A stretch of DNA of 64,000 nt. Origin: an uncultured Bacilli bacterium. GTDB taxonomy: Bacteria > Bacillota_I > Bacilli_A > RF39 > UBA660. The stretch spans positions 65,082 to 129,081 of the forward strand of contig CAKONF010000001.1 of the NCBI GenBank assembly GCA_934097015.1, written 5' to 3'. Every line of letters starts with the position of its first letter. Within the stretch, counting starts at the first letter, position 1. The position numbers and the translations under genes are program-made. This document shows, piece after piece, positions 57,843-64,000 of this stretch. Under the pieces are notes generated by a model, which was given only the letters and a program-made list of their open reading frames with translations, did no database searches and had not been told where the DNA came from.

Positions 57843-59435
57843 ATGAATAGACTTCAAAAAATTATAGTTAGTGTAACAGGAATATTTTTAGTACTTTTAA
57901 TTCTTGTAGGATTAACTTACGCATATTTTCTAACAAGAATAAATGGAAATAGGAACGATAAAAGTATAAGTGTATCAACAGCAAACTTAGAATTAAAATA
58001 TGATGATATAGAACAAGTATTAATAAGTGAAGAGAATGTAGAACCAGGTAAAACATGGATTAAAAAATTTAGTGCAACAAATACAGGAAATAAAAAAGTA
58101 GAGTCATATGGAGTTGCACTCGAAAATGTAATAAATACATTAAAAAGAACAGAGGATTTAGTATATACATTAAATTGTACTAGTAGTTTAGGAACTACTT
58201 GCAATAAAGTAGAAGATGAACAAGAGTTTCCAACAATAGGAAAAATATTAATTACAAATTCAATAGAATCAAAAGAAGTACAAAGTTATGAATTAACTAT
58301 TACATACAAAGATCAAAATATAGATCAAAGTATAGATATGAATAAACAATTTAGTGGAAAAATAAATATAGTAAACCCAAGTACATTTAATCCATATGTT
58401 GGTTCAATGTTAAATAGTGTAATAATTGGAAGTGCAAAAACTGCAAGTGAAAGTAGTGACGCAACAAGAACAACATTTGGTAGTGAAGTGACTGAATTCA
58501 CATCAATATCAGGAGAAAATGAAAAGGTATTAAATAATGCCCCAGATGATTATGGAATAAGTTATTACTTTAGAGGAAATGTAATAGATAATTATGTATC
58601 ATTTGCAAACAAAACATGGAGAATCGTTAGAATAAATGGAGATGGAAGTATAAGACTTGTACTTGATGATGTGGCAAGAGATTCAAGTGGAAATATAATA
58701 AAATCATCATTTAATTCTAGTTTTAATGATAATGCATATGTAGGATATATGTATGGAACAGCAGGAAGTACAACATATGATGCAACACATAAGAATATTA
58801 ATGATAGTACAATAAAAACTAAAGTAGATAAATGGTATGAAGATAATATAAAAACAAATTATGCAAATTATTTATCAGATACATTATTCTGTAATGATAA
58901 AACTCTTGCATCAAATGGAATAGGTGGGGTAGCAACTCAATTGGGTTATGGAACTAGTAAAACATATTATGCATCAACAGAGAGATTACAATATAGCACA
59001 GGAACAACAGCGATAACAACATCAAAACCAACATTCAAATGTGCAGAAAATGCAACAAATACATATTCAAGATTTACAGTAAATGAAACAACATTATTAA
59101 ATGGAAATAAAACAAATGGAGATTTAACATATCCAATTGGTTTACTCTCAGCAGATGAAGTAGCATATGCAGGAGCATATAAATATAATCAAACAAATAA
59201 AACATATTATTTATATAATTCATCTATAACTTCTAATTGGTGGCTTTCGTCTCCGTTCGTCTCTAGTGGTTCGGTTGCTTACGGGTGGTGCGTTATTTAT
59301 TCGGATGTTGACTTCAACAACTTCTACGTCTTCGACACTTTTGCTTTCCGCCCTAGTTTGAGTCTAAAGGCTAGTGTGCTAATAAATGGTGGAGATGGAA
59401 CTAGTTCAAATCCTTACACAGTGAAGTTGAGTTAA
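57843..59435 (+). CDS. Secreted protein with a SipW-cognate-class signal peptide (TasA/camelysin-like N-terminus) and a C-terminal 'NWWLSSP' motif
   Basis: Start at ATG 57843 (SD 'aggagag'). 'IFLVLLILVGLTYAYFLTRINGN' matches the SipW-cognate signal consensus (...GTYAYF.D). The last about 70 codons use GC-rich codons atypical of this genome. Confidence 0.6.
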   Translation: MNRLQKIIVSVTGIFLVLLILVGLTYAYFLTRINGNRNDKSISVSTANLELKYDDIEQVLISEENVEPGKTWIKKFSATNTGNKKVESYGVALENVINTLKRTEDLVYTLNCTSSLGTTCNKVEDEQEFPTIGKILITNSIESKEVQSYELTITYKDQNIDQSIDMNKQFSGKINIVNPSTFNPYVGSMLNSVIIGSAKTASESSDATRTTFGSEVTEFTSISGENEKVLNNAPDDYGISYYFRGNVIDNYVSFANKTWRIVRINGDGSIRLVLDDVARDSSGNIIKSSFNSSFNDNAYVGYMYGTAGSTTYDATHKNINDSTIKTKVDKWYEDNIKTNYANYLSDTLFCNDKTLASNGIGGVATQLGYGTSKTYYASTERLQYSTGTTAITTSKPTFKCAENATNTYSRFTVNETTLLNGNKTNGDLTYPIGLLSADEVAYAGAYKYNQTNKTYYLYNSSITSNWWLSSPFVSSGSVAYGWCVIYSDVDFNNFYVFDTFAFRPSLSLKASVLINGGDGTSSNPYTVKLS

Positions 59436-59475
59436 AGTATGGATAAAGGATTCAAAAAGCATAGGCACATGCTGT

Positions 59476-59727
59476 TTGAGAGGATATCTAATGGCGAAGT
59501 CGCACCGTAGATGTGTGGGTGTAAATCTAAAAAAATTGGGTACTTCTAATTGGTGGCTTTTGTCTCCAAACAATTATAGTGGTTCAAACGCGAACGAATG
59601 GAACGTTAATGGTTTGAATGGAACATCGACAACAACAACGTCAACAACTCTAACGCTTTTCGCCCTAGATTCCTACTATGTAGAATATTTAATAATATTT
59701 GCTATACTGAGTATTAAAAATATATAA
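59476..59727 (+). pseudogene. Diverged, frameshifted partial copy of the 3' end of the upstream gene
   Basis: 'TSNWWLLSPNNYSGSNANEWNVNG' parallels 'TSNWWLSSPFVSSGSVAYGWCV' upstream. In another frame 'NNSNAFRPRF' parallels 'FDTFAFRPSL'. The same atypical codon usage is present. Confidence 0.5.
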
Positions 59728-60100
59728 TTTTTAATGAGATGAAGTAAATGCTATATGCATTAATCTAAATAGATTGGAAACAAGATTTATTCCCTGATTT
59801 AATTATAATTAAACTAAAAATAGAGTAAGTACACAATATAGTTTATTGTAATCTATGTTGTTATATGGCTTACTAATTTTTTTGTGAAAATATAAAAACA
59901 AAATTAGAATTAGAAGAAAATTAGACTATTTTAAAAAGTATGACGTTGATAAGTATAAAGTAGTTGTTAATAGTTATAAGGATATTTTTTAATGTGTAAT
60001 AGACAAAAATGGTTAAAAAAATATATTTGTTTAGTGTACCAAACAAAATCATCAAAAAAGGCAATTTTGTTTAATGTGCAAAACAAAATAGGATTAAATA

Positions 60101-60160
60101 TTCGTTATAACTCCAAAAAAGTATGAAAATATTTGATTTTTTTGGAGTTATAAAAAAAAA
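60101..60160 (-). terminator. Bidirectional terminator with a 16-bp perfect inverted repeat
   Basis: TTATAACTCCAAAAAA, a 16-nt loop, then TTTTTTGGAGTTATAA followed by A-runs and T-runs. It lies immediately 3' of the minus-strand LemA gene. Confidence 0.65.
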
Positions 60161-60709
60161 TCAAAGTTTAAAATCTTTGATTTCATCATCAAACATATTT
60201 TTTCCATCAAAATAGTTTCTAAGTTTTATTTTATGAAATTTAGCAATTATGTTTGTTGGAAATTTTTTTATTAATAAATTTATTTCTGTTGTGTATTTAT
60301 TATAAAATGCTTTTGCTGCTTCTAATATTTCATCACTATCTTTTAAATCATTTATTATACTGATATATTCTTCATTATCTTCTAAAGATTTATAATCATT
60401 TTTTACTTGATGAATTAAGTTTTCACCTTCTACAATTTTTCTATCTAAATCAAAATTTGATATATTATCTTTTTTTAATTTTTCTAAATCTTTAAAATAT
60501 GTAACTTCTTTTTTTAATAATTTATTTATTGTTGTAGAAGATTTCATTATTAAATCATATTTATTTCTTAATTCATTATCTATTATACTTTCTGATTCAT
60601 TAATTTTTATATTCTTTTCTTGTAAATTATTAAAATTATATATATAACTTATTATTAATATTCCTATAAGTATTATTGCAATTAAAATTATTATCATTAT
60701 TATATTCAT
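60161..60709 (-). CDS. LemA-family membrane protein
   Basis: N-terminal TM 'IIMIIILIAIILIGILIISYI' followed by an about 150-aa helical domain. Size and topology are typical of LemA. Confidence 0.5.
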   Translation of the reverse strand: MNIIMIIILIAIILIGILIISYIYNFNNLQEKNIKINESESIIDNELRNKYDLIMKSSTTINKLLKKEVTYFKDLEKLKKDNISNFDLDRKIVEGENLIHQVKNDYKSLEDNEEYISIINDLKDSDEILEAAKAFYNKYTTEINLLIKKFPTNIIAKFHKIKLRNYFDGKNMFDDEIKDFKL

Positions 60710-60765
60710 TTACATCACCTACTATATAAGTATAGCATAAATATTAAAAAAATTGTAAAATAATA

Positions 60766-61293
60766 TTGGTGATATATGTGAATATTAAAAAAGTTGTTGT
60801 TGGTGAATTAGAAACTAATTGTTATATTGTAGAAAATGATAATGAATGTTTGATAATAGATCCTGGTAGTGAAAGTGATAAAATAATTAAAAATATTGAT
60901 AAAAAAGTAGTTGGTATACTTTTAACACATAGACATTTTGACCATGTTGGAGCATTAGAAAACATTTCTAAGTATTATAAAGTTTCTGTATATGATATTA
61001 ATAATTTACATGAGGGTATGAATGTTATTGGTAGTTTTAAATTTGAAGTTAGATATAATTTAGGACATACTATGGATTCTATAAGTTTTATTTTTGATAA
61101 TATTATGTTTAGTGGAGATTTTATATTTAAAGGTTGCATTGGTAGATGCGATTTAGGTGGAGATTTTACTTTGATGAAGGAAAGTATTAAATCTATTTTG
61201 AAATCTAATGTAAATTATAAAATATATCCTGGACATGGAGATAGTACTTATTTATTTGATGAAAAAAATATGCTTGAAAGTTATATAAAATAA
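60766..61293 (+). CDS. MBL-fold metallo-hydrolase
   Basis: 'VGELETNCYIVEN...LIIDPG' and 'LLTHRHFDHVGA' (HxHxDH). The true start is possibly the GTG at 60778. Confidence 0.8.
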   Translation: MVIYVNIKKVVVGELETNCYIVENDNECLIIDPGSESDKIIKNIDKKVVGILLTHRHFDHVGALENISKYYKVSVYDINNLHEGMNVIGSFKFEVRYNLGHTMDSISFIFDNIMFSGDFIFKGCIGRCDLGGDFTLMKESIKSILKSNVNYKIYPGHGDSTYLFDEKNMLESYIK

Positions 61294-61312
61294 AAATGCT
61301 CTAGGGCATTTT

Positions 61313-61642
61313 TTAAATGGAATAATTTATTTTTTCTTCAAATTCTACATAGTTTAAATAAATCATTAGAATTAGATACCACTTACCTGTTGTTGGGTCA
61401 CTTATAATTAAGTGGTCTCTTCCTGCTTGTTCTATTATTCCTGTATATACAGAATCTTTCCAATCTATAGAATCAGGATAACTAACATATGCTTTTACTT
61501 TCTTTCCTTTATTTAATCTTAAAATATTTTCTATGTAGCTTTGTTCCATAGGTAAGTCATTTCCTACTGGTACAATTGTATCTTGATAGTTAGATGTTGT
61601 AGCAGCGGGAAAAGTTGGATTTTGATAATATGTTCCGTTCAT
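61313..61642 (-). CDS. gerQ: GerQ-like spore coat protein
   Basis: 'YIENILRLNKGKKVKAYVSY...GIIEQAGRDHLIISDPTTGKWYLILMIYLNYVEFEE' matches the GerQ/YwdL C-terminal conserved region from memory. Confidence 0.55.
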   Translation of the reverse strand: MNGTYYQNPTFPAATTSNYQDTIVPVGNDLPMEQSYIENILRLNKGKKVKAYVSYPDSIDWKDSVYTGIIEQAGRDHLIISDPTTGKWYLILMIYLNYVEFEEKINYSI

Positions 61643-61746
61643 TAATTTCACCTCTTTAAAATATATGAAATATATAATTTTATATTCTTTGTATTGATTT
61701 TTTTTTAGTTTATCGATATACTAGTTAACGAAAGAAGTTGATTAAT

Positions 61747-63213
61747 ATGCGTGAATATTCTGAGCAAGAACAAGTTAGACGTGATAAATTAAAAGAAATA
61801 GAAAAAGTTTGTAATCCTTATCCTGATAGTTTTAAAAGAACACATACTTTAAAAGATGCTTCTAAATTAGAAGATGGTATTACTGAAGTTAGTGTATGTG
61901 GAAGAATTATGTTTATGAGAAAGATGGGTAAATTATCTTTTATACGTATTCGTGATTTGGAAGGAAGTTTACAATTAGAATTAAAAGTTGATGAAGTTGG
62001 AGAAGAAAAATATGCATTCTTTAAGAAAATGTTTGATTCTGGTGACTTTATGGGTGCAACTGGTGAAATGTTTACAACTCAAACTGGTGAGAAAACTTTA
62101 AGAGTTAAAAGTTTTGAATTTTTAGGTAAAGCATTAAGACCTCTTCCTGAAAAGTTTCATGGACTTACAGATCAAGAAATGAAGTATAGACAAAGATATA
62201 CTGATTTAATAATGAATGAAGAATCTAGAAAAGTATTTTTAGGTAGAAGTAAATTTTATTCATTTTTACATAGATATTTAGGCGAAAATGGATTCTTAGA
62301 AGTTGAAACTCCTATACTTCAAAATGCTGTATGTGGTGCAAGTGCTAAACCATTCTTTACACATCATAATGCTCTTGATATGGAATGTAATTTAAGAATT
62401 GCTCCAGAAACTTATTTAAAACAATGTATAGCTGGTGGATTTGATAGAGTTTATGAACTTGCAAAATGTTTTAGAAATGAAGGAATGGATACAGAACATT
62501 TACAAGAATTTACACAAGTTGAATGGTACGTTGCTTATTGGAATTTTGAAGATAATATAAAATTTTATCAAGGATTTATTAAGAATTTATTATTAGAATT
62601 ACTTGGTACTACTACTATAGAATATCAAGGATATAGTTTAGATTTTGGAAAAGAAAATTGGAATAGAATAAATTATGTTGAAGAGATGAATAAAGTATTT
62701 GGATTTGAATTCTTAGATATTACTGATCCAATTGAATTAAAGGATAAAATAGTTGAAAAAGGATTATTTAGTTATGAAGATTTAGAAGATTATAAATCTT
62801 TAAGTCAAATAATTGATTTCTGTTATAAAAAGAAAATTAGAGAAGGTATAATGGAACCAACAATTATATATAATTATCCTGCAGTTATGATACCTTTAGC
62901 TCGTAGAAATGATGAAGATAAGAGAAGAATAGATGTATTCCAAGTACTTGCTGCTGGAACAGAGTTATGTAAAGCTTATTCAGAGTTAGTTAATCCAATA
63001 GAGCAAAGAGAAGCATTTATGGAACAATTAAAAGCTAAGGCTCAAGGTGATGATGAAACTATGGATATGGATGAAAGTTTCTTAATGGCTATGGAACAAG
63101 GTATGCCACCTATAAGTGGATTAGGATTTGGAATAGATAGATTAATGATGTTAATATTTAATCAACCATCTATAAGAGATGTTGTGTTATTCCCACAAAT
63201 GAAAAATAAATAG
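61747..63213 (+). CDS. lysS: Lysyl-tRNA synthetase, class II
   Basis: N-terminal anticodon-binding OB fold, class II motifs, and 'PPISGLGFGIDRLMML' (motif 3). Confidence 0.9.
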   Translation: MREYSEQEQVRRDKLKEIEKVCNPYPDSFKRTHTLKDASKLEDGITEVSVCGRIMFMRKMGKLSFIRIRDLEGSLQLELKVDEVGEEKYAFFKKMFDSGDFMGATGEMFTTQTGEKTLRVKSFEFLGKALRPLPEKFHGLTDQEMKYRQRYTDLIMNEESRKVFLGRSKFYSFLHRYLGENGFLEVETPILQNAVCGASAKPFFTHHNALDMECNLRIAPETYLKQCIAGGFDRVYELAKCFRNEGMDTEHLQEFTQVEWYVAYWNFEDNIKFYQGFIKNLLLELLGTTTIEYQGYSLDFGKENWNRINYVEEMNKVFGFEFLDITDPIELKDKIVEKGLFSYEDLEDYKSLSQIIDFCYKKKIREGIMEPTIIYNYPAVMIPLARRNDEDKRRIDVFQVLAAGTELCKAYSELVNPIEQREAFMEQLKAKAQGDDETMDMDESFLMAMEQGMPPISGLGFGIDRLMMLIFNQPSIRDVVLFPQMKNK

Positions 63214-63227
63214 TTTTTATAGTATAA

Positions 63228-63926
63228 ATGATAAATTTTACAAATTGCGTTGAAGAATTAAATAAATTTATTAGTTCTGAAAAGAAAAAAACTTTAATTT
63301 TTGAAGATAAAAGATATTTAGTAAAATTTCCGAATCCAATTTTAGATAAAAATATTTCTTATATAAATAATTCATTGTCTGAATATGTTAGTAGCAATAT
63401 ATTTAGATTAGTAGGTTTTGAAACTCAAGAAACTTTATTAGGCAAATATAAATTTAATGGTGTAGAAAAAAACAGTTTGTGCTTGTTTAGATTTTACAGA
63501 TGATGAAAATGAATTATATGAATTTGAAAGTATTGCATTAAGTGCTAATCCTGATAAAAAAATCGGTACTGAATTAGAAGATATTTTAGAAATACTTAGA
63601 AATAATAAATTATTTGATTATAATTTTATACAAGAAAAATTTTGGGACATGTTTATAATTGATAGTATTATTGGTATACAGATAGACATAATGGGAATTG
63701 GTGCTTTTTAGTTAATAAAAAGACTAAAAAAATTGAATTTTCTCCGATTTATAATTGTGGTTCATGTTTAAATCCAATGCTTGAAGATAGTGATATTGAA
63801 AAAATTGAAGATTTTATAAATGATGTTTTACGTATTTCTGATGTTAGAAAAGATTTTTATAAAAAAATAATTTCTATGAGAAATGATGTATTAAAAAAAG
63901 TATATAATGGACTAAATGATTGTTAA
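63228..63926 (+). pseudogene. HipA-like/CtkA-family Ser/Thr kinase pseudogene with at least 2 frameshifts
   Basis: Frame 0 (63228-63503) ends at TGA. It continues in frame +1 ('TDDENELYEF...FWDMFIIDSIIG'). It then shifts frame again and reads 'DRHNGNWCFLVNKKTKKIEFSPIYNCGSCL', the catalytic-loop signature of HipA-like kinases. It ends at 63926. Confidence 0.6.
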
Positions 63927-64000
63927 CTAGATGTGTTAGCAATCTTTTTATTTTAAAATAAGAATAGTACATTATATAACACATAAAAATTAAGTTGTTA

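Noticed and set aside
59405-59430. tRNA-like 'GTTCAAATCC' T-loop motif
   Set aside because: The flanking bases cannot form a T-stem or acceptor stem. It lies inside the CDS 3' end and is a chance match.
60021-60090. Possible CRISPR array
   Set aside because: There are only two imperfect repeat units and no cas genes. The spacing and partial palindromy look operator-like.
61652-61746. T-box leader upstream of lysS
   Set aside because: The interval is about 95 nt with no specifier or T-box motifs.

Overview
This is a very AT-rich (about 22-25% GC) Firmicutes-type chromosomal window using the standard genetic code, with TGG for Trp and mostly TAA stops. Recognisable housekeeping and stress genes are mgtC, a PerR-like Fur regulator with rubrerythrin, CIRCE-controlled htpG and hsp20, an ABC-F ATPase, a DAG-kinase-family lipid kinase, a YfhO-family membrane glycosyltransferase, ackA, typA/bipA, a FemAB-family gene, secG, rnr with smpB, pcrA, ligA, truA, lysS, and GerQ-like and LemA-like genes. 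These are interleaved with accessory blocks. The two most notable items are below.

1. **Three-copy repeat module (about 345 bp)**, with one inverted copy near 6.5 kb and two tandem copies near 16.6-17.3 kb. Each copy encodes a conserved 24-25 aa hydrophobic peptide. Each also has a convergent antisense sRNA with a consensus sigma-A promoter and an intrinsic terminator overlapping the sense 3'UTR, plus a long-range 5'-3' complementarity in the sense mRNA. This is the classic type I toxin-antitoxin architecture.

2. **Stripped-down type VII secretion (T7SSb) locus directly downstream of the tandem copies.** It has YukD/EsaB and EssC only, with no EsaA/EssA/EssB in the window. It is followed by a substrate island:
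   - a tandem double-WXG100 protein behind a long structured leader containing a G10 homopolymer;
   - DUF4176 and small helical Lap-like proteins;
   - a 608-aa LXG-type polymorphic toxin with a glycine-zipper region and an unrecognised C-terminal domain;
   - a putative immunity protein, a 43-aa coupled ORF, and a 442-aa protein with internal 'NGAR..LEM' repeats.

Other oddities:
- a soluble, degenerate TraG/VirD4-like coupling-protein remnant with MerR and XRE regulators;
- a holin gene at the window edge;
- a 1429-aa repeat-containing giant protein;
- a SipW-cognate-signal secreted protein whose 3' end and a downstream gene fragment have sharply atypical, GC-richer codon usage;
- an orphan ComGC-like pilin;
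- a degenerate EcfA-like ATPase pair without EcfT;
- a degenerate GGDEF ('DGNEF') membrane protein;
- a multiply frameshifted HipA-like kinase pseudogene;
- a frameshifted Bro-N-like ORF at an A9 tract.
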